NCBI GenBank assembly: GCA_964016885.1
Contig: OZ024743.1
Coordinates: 349,184,001-349,248,000 of the forward strand
Source of the DNA: Eledone cirrhosa
Taxonomy: Eukaryota
Reading direction: 5' to 3'
Length of the DNA: 64,000 nt
Shown piece by piece: positions 13,749-24,399 of the stretch; within the stretch, counting starts at the first letter, position 1, and every line of letters starts with the position of its first letter. The position numbers and the translations under genes are program-made. The notes beneath the pieces are model-generated. The model worked only from the letters and a program-made list of their open reading frames with translations. It did not search any database and was not told the DNA's origin.

Positions 13749-14108
13749 GATATTAATAAATGGAAACTATATTTATAAAACCATATTTATTTCATTATAC
13801 ATATTTCAGGGATACCAACTTAAATTATGGTATGCCTTCATCAGACAAAATACAATATATAACAGTTTTACAAATAAGCTTTGACGTACCCTATTAAAAT
13901 GCAACCATTATTTTTGGAAGCCATCCGGATAGTGAGTTGTTTATATTATTTTAATAAGTCATAGTGTTAAGGACAATTAGAAAAAGACGGAGAGAAAGAA
14001 AAAGAAAAGAAAAAGACGGAGAGAGAGAAAGAAACTTGTCGAGTGCTTTATATCTGTTATAAAAATATTTACTTGTTGTATCCCAACAATTTTAAATAGA
14101 ACTTTTGC
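13745..14108 (-). mobile_element. Hammerhead cassette in (TA)n, rearranged copy of the 44.0-44.4 kb element
   Basis: 13745-14030 matches 44127-44400, and 14034-14108 is the reverse complement of 44039-44113. Confidence 0.85.
13795..13848 (-). ncRNA. Hammerhead ribozyme with long stem II
   Basis: CUGAUGA-aggcauacca(uaauuuaagu)ugguaucccu-GAAA-uaug-UA. Stem I is weak. Confidence 0.7.
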
Positions 14109-14130
14109 ATATATATATATATATATATAT

Positions 14131-14410
14131 ACATTAAGAAGAGAGAAGAAACATTAGATATAATTAATAATAAGCTATTTCATACCCAAACTGCTTCTTT
14201 AGTCCGCGACTACGTAGTTTCGTGGCATATTATCTTAATGAGGTATCCTCTTGATACATCGGCAGACCTCACAAATATTCTATATCTCTGTGATGTAGTG
14301 TTTTTGCATACTATGCCATGGAACTACGTAGTCGGAGACTAAAGAAGCAGTTTGGGTATGATATATCTTATTATTAATTATATCTAATGTGTCTTCTCTC
14401 TTCATAATGT
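14131..14410. repeat. Fold-back inverted repeat (arms about 14131-14229 and 14312-14410) containing hammerhead remnants
   Basis: Arms are reverse-complementary with scattered mismatches. Each carries G(A/G)AA-CTACGTAG-TC, a palindromic stem III. Confidence 0.85.
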
Positions 14411-14659
14411 ATTATATAGCTCTGATACTGAATCAATCTAATCAATTCGGATTAGTTTATCCCAGTTATCCATAGAGCAACATCGGTTGAGGCTGGTACC
14501 ACTAACTCAAGGATATATGTGGATATATTCATGTGTATGTATGTCTCCTCATGTATCTGTGTGTTTCACTATATATTGTATATATATATATATATATATA
14601 TATTGTATATATATATATATTGTATATATATATATTTTAGTCTTCAAATTTATTATTAT

Positions 14660-14732
<73 letters not shown>

Positions 14733-14814
14733 TGAAATATATTGAAGGCTATACAAAAGGGACTGTACGATGGGGTAACGAAAATCGTATACAATGATTC
14801 AAGCAAACTGCAAC

Positions 14815-14943
14815 AATTGTTTCTACTTTTTGCACAAGGCCAGCAATTATCCCAATGCATTACTGGTGCTTTATTTTATCGACCCTGTGAGAATGAAATG
14901 CAATTTTAACTCGGTGGGATTTGAACTCAGACCGTAAAGGGCC
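14815..14943 (-). mobile_element. SINE family 1, 5'-truncated
   Basis: Reverse complement of the family consensus. Confidence 0.85.
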
Positions 14944-16811
14944 ATGTAGTGTACTTTGTTAAAAATATACAAAGTTGAGAGAGCATTCAAACTGTGGATG
15001 AATGTGTAAAATATAGATATTTATTGCACTAACTATAGTATCGTTTATGTAAAAATGTTGGCTGTGTGTTTCAGATTTTGTCTGAGACATGTAGCATATC
15101 CTCCACTTATATTGATTGTAACATTTCAAACATGAAAGAGTTTTAAAGGCGAAAATAGTGCATGAAATATATAGGTGTGTTTAGATATACAAGGTGATGA
15201 AGGCAATGTAAATGAGGGTATCTTATTGTTAATAAAGAGTATAGAGAAATAGTATCTAGGTTATTAAAAAAGGTCTAACCTTTGAAGGCCCCGCATAAAA
15301 GAAAGGTACGACAAATATACGAAGGTTTGGCTTCGTGTAGGAGGATCCATTTGATATCGGTGGTCAGTAGGTGGAACTCATGGTATTTAGAGTGTATGGC
15401 TCGTGGTTGTATGGCAGCAATTCAATAAATCTGCTCTAGAGTTCAGACAGTTTTGGATTTGCTTAGCCTTTTCAGCATATTGCAACTCTTCATGGTAAAC
15501 AACTGAAACAGTCTCAAGTCATATATATATATGTGTTTATATGAATGTCTGTTTGTTTTCGCGTGTATATGTGTGTGTGTGAGAGAGAGAGAGAGCTTCA
15601 GTGTGTATAGGAAGTTAGTGGGTGGAAAGATTTTAATACCAGTAGGCCAGAACAGTGTGCAACTTGGTCAGTGTATCTCAATATTCACAATGAATATCAA
15701 TGCATCTCGAAAAGTAACGACAAGAAGAAAAGTAAGACAATATATCGGTTAAATTTCAGAGATGTTTCTGTGAAAGGGAATAACCTACTTCTATCACGTG
15801 CACTGGTTATCTGAGCAAGGCTTGAGAGTTTGGTTCCCATGTGTTCGGACCTAGTATAAACCTATACATTTATTTACCACACCACAGTAACACTTCAGAT
15901 ACCAAGTGGTTTTATTTTATTTTCTACTGATATGACAACCTTTTCTGTTTGACTGAATTTTACCACTTGATCGGCAATTCCAATATATGTCATGGTTCCC
16001 TTACAGCCTAAAAGAGACCATCAAATGTAATAGTTATTCTCTTATTTTACCGCTACTCTCACAACATCCAAGTCTAGACCTGTCTGGAGAAGCTGCTAGC
16101 TTCACTCTACATTCCTATAAACAATGATCAAACGTATACTTATTGTTGTGTGAGAAAGGTCTAAATTCTCATAAAGCCCACCCAATAAAAAGTTTTCTGG
16201 TAAGCTACCAATTGTAACTGCGTACCTTATCTTAAATACACAAGAAACAAATAGCTAGCTAAAATAGAAGATATCTTAAGAAATATTATTATTTTGAATT
16301 ATCAAAAATACGCTCAGAAGCTTTTATATTTACTTTTGTCACATATATAAGAACAAACCAGTTATTTGATCATTAAAATACGGTATATAGACGGCATGAT
16401 AACAATAAAGTCTCATAAACCTTTACTTTGAAGATGTTAAGAAATTTGATCTTGTATTATAAATGTTAAAATATTCATGCCTGGCTAACAAAATGGAAAT
16501 CCATCACAAGACAAATACCGACAACAGGACAAGAAATACACTACTGCATTCAAAATTTAAAAGCAATATCTCAATCCTCCAAGTGTTTTATAAGTGGTGG
16601 GTGGTCTTTGTTAATTGGATCTTAATTTAAGAGCGCCGAATGGAATTATAGCGAGAAAATACGTACCTGCATAGATTATAGTGATTTTAGTGTTTTGTGT
16701 ATTTCACATGTATGTATTGGGTCATATTTGGTGGAATGTGTATAGAAATATGTATATAAGGAAAGCTCCCACTTGTCTGTTGTAAATTAAATGTTATTAT
16801 CTGACATTAAG

Positions 16812-17000
16812 GGCGGTTATTGGCAGTATCGTTAGAGGGTCTGATTCCATGCGTTGCAGCAAAGAGTTGCGGCCCTTTATGTTCTGAGTTCAAATCCCCC
16901 GAGGTTAACTTTGCCTTTCATCCTTATGGGGTCGATAAAATAAAGTACCAGTAATAAACTGGAATAATTGCTGGCCTTGTGCCAAAAGTAGAAACAATTA
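16812..17000 (+). mobile_element. SINE family 1
   Basis: Full length, flanked by a duplicated ATTATCTGAC. Confidence 0.9.
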
Positions 17001-17112
17001 TCTGACTTTACACTACACATATAAGAAACCACTCGGGTGTATCTTTCTAGTTATTTAATAATTTTATTTTCTAGTGTAGATTTCGAAAACGTTGTGACTT
17101 TTAGGATAGCAC

Positions 17113-17620
17113 TCTTCTTCTTCTTCTTCTTCTTCTTCTTCTTCTTCTTCTTCTTCTTCTTCTTCTTCTTCTTCTTCAGAAGGTCGGGGAACAGAGTCCT
17201 CAAACAACGTCTTCCAGCGGGTCCTGTTAGGAGGGAGACCAGCTGAGATGATGCTTTATCCACCCATCTTCCTTGGGAACCACCATTGGGTTTTCTGCTG
17301 TTTGGATTTTGCCCATGAAAATCTGTCCACTGATACTTTCCTGAGACATTCAAACCCCATGCCCATAGTGTTGGAGCTGTAATTTCCCTATTCGGTGAAG
17401 TAGTGGCTCTACCTGGATTGTCTCTCGGATCTCCGAGCTATGCACTCTATCGAGTAACGTTACTTCAAAGACGGTTCGGAGGGATTGTACACTGATTTGG
17501 GTTGCAGCCATGCAGCATTCCGCATCAAACCTATCAAGTGTACGTTGGGATCACCTTCTGTCGAATTAAGTAATACCATGTCGTCTGCAAATTCGGGTGA
17601 ACTGATTGTTCACCTGTCAT
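17113..17620 (-). mobile_element. Decayed RTE-clade LINE 3' fragment with (GAA)n tail
   Basis: EFADDMV motif at about 17575-17595, GRWVDK..W..R..WKTL C-terminus, (CTT)n at 17113-17177. Confidence 0.6.
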
Positions 17621-19314
17621 CGTGTTATCACCTCGAACCTTACTGCACACATCACTCTTGTTGATCTGATCTAGTATTTTCTAATTCGGTCATTTTATGG
17701 AATAATTATAATAGCAATTTGGTAACATATTCAGTTAAAGAAACATTTTGCATTTATGTACAAAATGAAGAATACTTTTCATGTACTGATGGTTAGTGAC
17801 GCGCCATTATATATGACGTGACAAAAATAATTACTTTCAAATTTGAGAAAAATGTACAATATTTATGAAAACTATTTTTTATAGGTAATACGGTATGAAG
17901 TTTTATTCTATGACGCTATCATGGACATGAGTTGGCACTTAGGTCTGCAGTGTGTTCCTGTTTCTCAATTATGTTGTATCTTTAAGGTTTTGATGTGAAA
18001 ACGGAAAACAATATGCACGAGGTTTTATATATAAATGTGTATCTATACATATGAATCCCTTAATAATTCGTGTATACAATTTAGTAAGGTTATCATTGTG
18101 TATTTATACGCATTTCACACCTCACTTTCTTCCACTTTGCATCTGACTCACAAGAATTTAATCGGAACTATTTTACATATCTGATTGTTTGAGATGTGAT
18201 TTTTATTCGACTTTTTATTTACCGCTATCCAATTTACATTGATTGAATCATTCATCGTAACTGTATCTTATATGTAGTTTTTCAAATATTTGTATTGTAT
18301 TAAAAATTGCATTTATCTGCTTTTCTGTACATCATCCTGTCCTTCCCCATCCTTCACTACGCACATTTTCTACTCCTCCTCATATACAACTTCTCTTGCC
18401 CAGACAACACTCTTCTTATTAAATTAACCCTTCAACCTTTTTCCGATACCTAACAATGAACAAGAGAGTCAAAACTTATTTTTCCGAATTCCACTAATTG
18501 ACTAATATTTACAGATGAAGACCATCGGATTTTCCATGAGACACAAGACATATTTTGGAAATAGTAACCCTATTCATTAATCATAGTGTATCTGTTAGAC
18601 ACGCAGTGACTAACAACAGAATGTTTTAAGTCTGCATGTCTGACATATATGCGTAGCTTGTGAATACATTCAAGGGGTTTCGCTAGCCGTGGTGATCCCT
18701 GCCAAACATCGTTTGTAATGTATCGTCTTATTGGCTAATTTCATCGTCTTATTGGCTAATCACCCAATGACAGTAATTGTTGCTCAAAAGCATCCGCCAC
18801 TTTGTTTGCACGTTTACTTTTCGTTTAGCTTTCGAATCTTCCTCCTGTATTTCGTCGTTTATCATCAAAATATTTTTCTCGTTTTAGTAAGTTATATTGT
18901 TAATTTATATATGATTTTTTAAATTTTATATTAACTATTTTTTTTTCTGTTCGTTATAACATGCTTATAATATTGGTTGTATCATATTTATTTGTATATT
19001 TGTCCATATTATTGTTCGTTTTATGTTAGATTATTTTATTATGATTATGTTAGACTATTTGTATGTAATATTTAATTTTTATTAATTCAACTATAACAAT
19101 TATTATGTAAAATATATTTATTTAATATTGATTGTTTTTTGTAGTTGTTTATATAGAAAGTCTGAAAATATTTTTATACATCTTACAATAATATTTATAA
19201 GATCATTTATAAAATAACAATTATATAATCTAATTTCAGTACAATGATAATTTATTATTAATATATATCATGTTTAACTAGAGTTATTATAAGCGTTGCC
19301 TTAAAAAATATTAA

Positions 19315-19821
19315 ACTAGACCTGAAAAATGCGCAAGCTTAAAAGAGCCACAGAATGTTATAATAAACCTTCAAAAGTGTGGGACTAGAGTTGTTGCTCA
19401 AAAATATTGTAATCATTATCTAAAGTACCAGTAATGCACTGGGTAATTGCTGGCCTTGTGCCTAAAGTAGAAACAATTATCTATCGTACACCTTGTGACA
19501 TCCTTTTATAAGAAAGAGACTCATAACGAACTCAAGACGACACGATAATTATTTAAGTGAATTTATAATATAGAATTCGGTTTAAGTGCATTTCGTATTA
19601 ATCATTACTAAACATCCAATATGAGATATTGAACATTAGCTTAAATAATTATCGTGACGTCATGAGTTCGTTATGAGTCTCTTTTTTATAAAAGGATGCC
19701 AGAGAGTGTACGATAGATGACGATTACAATATTTTTGAGCAACAACTCTAGTCCCACACTTTTGAAGGTTTATTATAACATTCTGTGGCTCTTTTGAGCC
19801 TGCGCATTTTTCAGGTCTAGT
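19315..19821. repeat. Fold-back inverted repeat (arms 19315-19557 and 19640-19821)
   Basis: About 180 bp of reverse-complementary sequence. The left arm carries an extra SINE 3' fragment. Confidence 0.92.
19422..19478 (+). mobile_element. SINE family 1 3' fragment
   Basis: AAAGTACCAGTAATGCACTGGG..GTAGAAACAATT flanked by ATTATCT on both sides. Confidence 0.88.
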
Positions 19822-20071
19822 GTAAATATGTTTATATTCTAAAAAAAAAAAAAAAAGAATTTAATTTAAAAGAGCAGACGTAGTGATCTTTACGTTTCGT
19901 GAACTTTCACTTTTACTCAAGTTTAATTTAGTTAAAATGTCAGTGATTATACGGATTGGCTTACTAAATTAATTAGGAAACGCTTTTATTATTGAAATTC
20001 TTCGTTCTTTATATACTACAAATATTATTGACTAATTACGTTGTTTAAATAGGAACAAATGGATTTATTAC

Positions 20072-20185
20072 CATATGTATTTGACCATTATACTACAGGC
20101 AACAGTAATGCTGACAGTCAAACATGACAAAATATACTGAGTCCATTTAATTTCCTGCCAATAAGCATATCGTATCAAATGAACG
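20072..20185 (-). CDS. Candidate 114-nt symmetric exon encoding a hydrophobic segment (VHLIRYAYWQEIKWTQYILSCLTVSITVACSIMVKYI)
   Basis: ttctgctgctgtAG acceptor and GTaata donor. Length 114, one open frame (phase 2-2), unique sequence. Protein not identified. Confidence 0.4.
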
Positions 20186-20679
20186 CTACAGCAGCAGAAA
20201 TATTTGATATGCAAAAAATTGTGATTTGAGATGTTATAGGCATGGTGTTTAAGCATAGTGTTAATCGAACATTAAAAACCTTATTTCTATAGGTAAAAAC
20301 AATCTCAATGAATTGTATATTTACATTATTGGTTTCTGTTTCAAAATTGAAATACTTGTTTTTTTTTCATTTCTTTTTAAATTATAAATCTCCTTTGTTT
20401 GTTGTTATCAATATATATTGCGTTATAATTTAACTACAAGTGTATTAATGGTTATACGACAGACTGATGCACACAACGCGTCAATAACAATGTAAGATAA
20501 GTGCTTTTATTAAGAAATCACACACAGCAACAATATTTGATAATGGGAGGATTACATAATTAATTCCATATGCTAATATTCAATATCGCCATCAATACTG
20601 ACCGTTTATCGAATTTGTATGCTTATTTTATACTTAATTGATGGTTAAATATTCGGACTAATATTTCCCTCTCTCATGG

Positions 20680-20975
20680 ATGAAAGATACTCAAAACCCG
20701 TTTTGCTGGTACCTCACCAGAAATAGACATCCAGTGGATTGTAGCATGGATAGTGTTAGGGCAAAGTGAAACACTTCTGGAGTTAACGATGAACCGGAAG
20801 GAGAGCTCGCCTGTAATCAATCTCGAGATACTTCTCCAGATCAAACCAAAGATGACTGAAAATTCCCCAGACTTAATCCGCCTTACGGGTGTTGTGGAAC
20901 TAAGGGTCATCATTGAAGGCAAAATACCCTGCTGTGATTTTTTTTGAAAACTGGATACTTTAGATCATTTTAACC
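20680..20975 (+). pseudogene. L1/Tx1-like ORF1 fragment
   Basis: INLEILLQIKP..PDLIRL..RVIIEGKIPCC..KTGY aligns with VDLEILL*IRP..PDHILL..HIMTE..HCFVC in the 24.9-25.3 kb ORF1. Confidence 0.65.
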
Positions 20976-21399
20976 TAAACAGAAGTCGAGGAACCACAAG
21001 AAAGAACGTTTAGCCTAGGCATTGAAACCAATTAAAGAGAATGAAGATGGGATATCCTAAACGTCCTGGGTGAAGTAAAGGCAGCAACGAAAAGAAGGAC
21101 ATTGATTTACAAATGCATTTCAGGACAAAACTGTATATTAGACCAGGACACCAATTGGAAGCAGCACTGAAAAGTACACAGTCAGGACCAGACAGTTCAG
21201 TACCATCTAGGTGCTGTTCAAAACCAAGGCCGTTGCCATAAACACTCTGCGATCCCCTGTAAAATAAACCACATTATCCTTTAGCCTTCCCACATAGGGA
21301 GAAGAACAATGAAGATCCACATTCCCAGGATCCACCAGCACTACACTTATAGTATGGTAGCTCCTAAGATCCAGGGTGGACAAGAGTACTGATCGTATT

Positions 21400-23810
21400 C
21401 TCCTAGACGTAAGAAAAATATTATGTGAAAACTGGTCCGTGATGTATTTGGAGGTTTTTCTTCTAATTAAATCGGACGAACTTTAAAACATCTCCTACTA
21501 TGTTCTCCTTCGGGACAGAACCGTGATACAAATGTTTACTGAGGGCAGAAGTCCACACTGTTTCGTCTGCGACGAAGCAACGCATCTGCAAGCAGAAAAA
21601 TGATGGGGTTCGCAAACTTCCAGTGATGGAGAAAGAAACGCGACAGGAACAGTAGAAGCAGCAGCACCACCATTAGCAGCAGCAGCTAAACCACTGCCAC
21701 CAACAAATAAGACAGAATCAGCCAAAAGGGAAGGTGAGGGAAACGCCCCCACTCTCACTTCCCAAAGACAAACAGCCATACAAAGGTAAGCACACAAACA
21801 TCTGAAAAAGACACAGAAACTACTCGTAATGAAGACGAGGGACAGCCTAAAAGAGAAAAAAAAATAAACAAAAATTCAAACACAATAAAAAAGAAAAACA
21901 TCACACACATACACGCAAGCATCACAAACATATACACAACAGAAAACGAAGAAACAACACACGAAACAAACACATACACATCCAAAATACCGAGGCAAAA
22001 ACAAGCAGAATCACGAGAACAAAGCAAAAAAACACTTCGTTGTAATAAGAAGGTCCAACAAAGAGGTGATGCATCTCATAGCATTGAGCAAAGAAATCGA
22101 AAAAGGGGGGGGGGGGATAATGTTGGTACAATTCACATTTAGAACACCAGAATACCCGATGATGGTACGAATGTCGCTGGTTGCCTACAAGAACATTAGG
22201 GAGATCTTTCCACGGGACGCGGGACCTACTACTGAACAGGCTTTTAAAGGGGTTCCCAAAAGAAACCACCAGCAAATAGGGAGGTGGAACTACCCGGCAG
22301 CCACGATTGCCTGGAGGGTAAACATGGCTTTTTACTCTTGAAAAACTAGCCAACATGGATATATTAAGAATAAGTCCATTAATGTCCGTGCCTGGGGCCG
22401 TCTTGGAAGCAAGGTCGCTTTTTGAACAACCTCCAGCCACTAGACATGGATGTGACTGCCGTCTGCAAGACAAGGATTACCGACACACGTGCACTAGCAC
22501 CATATTAAGCGATTATCAGATCTGCTCATCTCTTAGTTGGCTGGGAATTGGCAGTGGGCTGATATTCCTTTTTAAGGAGGCCTGGATCTTGAAATAAGGA
22601 CGTCCTTCCTGGAACCAGGTAGTGAACAATAGCGAAGTGGTGCCTTTAGACTGATGGCCGTCTACGTCTTGGCCGGGCCCGGACGGGTAGATTTCTTTAG
22701 GTGTCTGGAAGCTTTTCTAAGAACATTTCGTCCTTTACTGTCACCAGGGGACTGGAACAGTATCTTAGACGCACACTGGGATTGTGTTTGATTAGCTGAT
22801 AGGAGCAAGGAGTGCAAAGCCCCACGTAGCTGATAAGCAAGTTCCAAATGTCTGAGAGATAACAACTAGATTTCCCCAATGCATCAATAGACCCAGAACA
22901 ACATCATAGTTTAATCTTGATCGTATATAGATATGTTTTTTGTTAAGGGAGCAGATAAAGATGAAATAGGTTATTCACATTTCCGAACATTAATTAAGTG
23001 TAAGTCGACAGTGGGGTTCATCAACCACAGGTTTTGAGTTGCTCGCAAGAGAGAGAGATAGAACAGTTTCAATAGGAATTTATTAAAGAAGTAGCTATAG
23101 AAACAAAAATAGAAAGGAGGCGAAGTCGGTAGCTAAATTAGACGAAACAATTAGAGAAGTGGGATTGCAAACGACGGACAAAGTGGAATTGCAAATGGCG
23201 GATAAGCGCCGAAAATGGTATAAGACCTTTTCTTTAGTGTGAAACACGAATTGCATTGTAAGAACGAAGATGCTTTATTCTAAGAAACGGCGGAACGAAA
23301 ATTGTTCGTTGGGACCGAGTAGCTGAGGCACAGCGCGGGGACACAAGCACCATTCTGTCTTTGACGGACTGAGATGAACGTGTGCAGAACGATTCCAGGC
23401 AGATGTGTGTGGTCATTTGCCAGAAATTTGCTCGAATGTGTGCTGGGCCAGGTTGAAAGGACTGAAGAGTGATGCTTTTCACTTCGTCCAATCTCTCATC
23501 AATTGTTCAATTTTAACTTAGAAAGGAAGTTGAGGGTGGTGTGAGAAGTGCTCTCCCCGAGTAAATTTGTTGAAACTTGGGTTAGCAGGCTGGCTGAATT
23601 GGAGAGAGAAGACGCGCCCTCTTCGGACGCGCTCGGAGCGTCGGATAGTTCATGATTAGAGGGGTTTCTGAGTAGCCCTTTGGGTGTTCTTCCCACTATT
23701 GTATTTTTCTTGTTTCTTGTTATTGTTTTATATTGTTTACTTGATTTATGTGTTAAACCACCACTATCCCTGTCGGCTACTAGTGGCCAATAAATGAAAC
23801 AATTATTATC
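21400..23810 (+). mobile_element. L1/Tx1-like LINE copy A, decayed, RT domain deleted
   Basis: ORF1 knuckle HCFVCDEATH, ORF2 start MDILRI at 22355, GDWNSILD motif, 3' end AATAAATGAAACAATTATTA. Collinear with copy B apart from a large internal gap. Confidence 0.85.
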
Positions 23811-23815
23811 ATTAT

Positions 23816-24060
23816 GGAGTGAATTGGCAATATCGGTAGAGGGTCGGACGCCACGCTTTCCAGCATAGTTACGACCCTTTACGGTCTGAGTTCAAATCGG
23901 ACGACATGCTTTGACGCATAGAGTTACGGCTCTTGCCATTCTGAGTTCAAATCTCGCCGAGATTTACTTTGTCTTTCATCCTTATGGGGTCGATAAAATA
24001 AAGTACCAGTAATGCACTGGGTAATTGCTAGATTTGTGGCAAAAGTAGAAACAATTATTA
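23816..24060 (+). mobile_element. SINE family 1 with duplicated head segment
   Basis: CGGACG..GAGTTCAAATC occurs twice before the central domain. Confidence 0.88.
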
Positions 24061-24399
24061 TTATTATTATTATTGGCTGTCAAACAGTGAAGATGTATAT
24101 TTGGAGCTCTGTAAAAGTGGTAAATTTTCTGTTTATTTTCATTTATAATAATTGTTGCACTTTTGAAAATGGTCGTAAGACTTCCGCCTTTGCCCTATAA
24201 AGCGATGTCTATAATATTTGGGCATTTTGGTCAAAATATTTGAACGTTTTGTATTAAAAAATTCTCAAAAATAAACAAAAACATGGCCAACGGTATCGTG
24301 TGACAGCGACCTAAACGTTGAGAGGAGGGAAGCGGCAAAGAGCCGGAACTCTATGCTGTAAAGAATAGCGTCCGACTCTCTACCGATACTGCCAATCCC

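Noticed and set aside
15438-15489. Minus-strand CUGAAAA..AAAACUGUC hammerhead-like motif
   Set aside because: Uncompensated G8A and G12A and only a 2-bp stem II. At best a dead relic.
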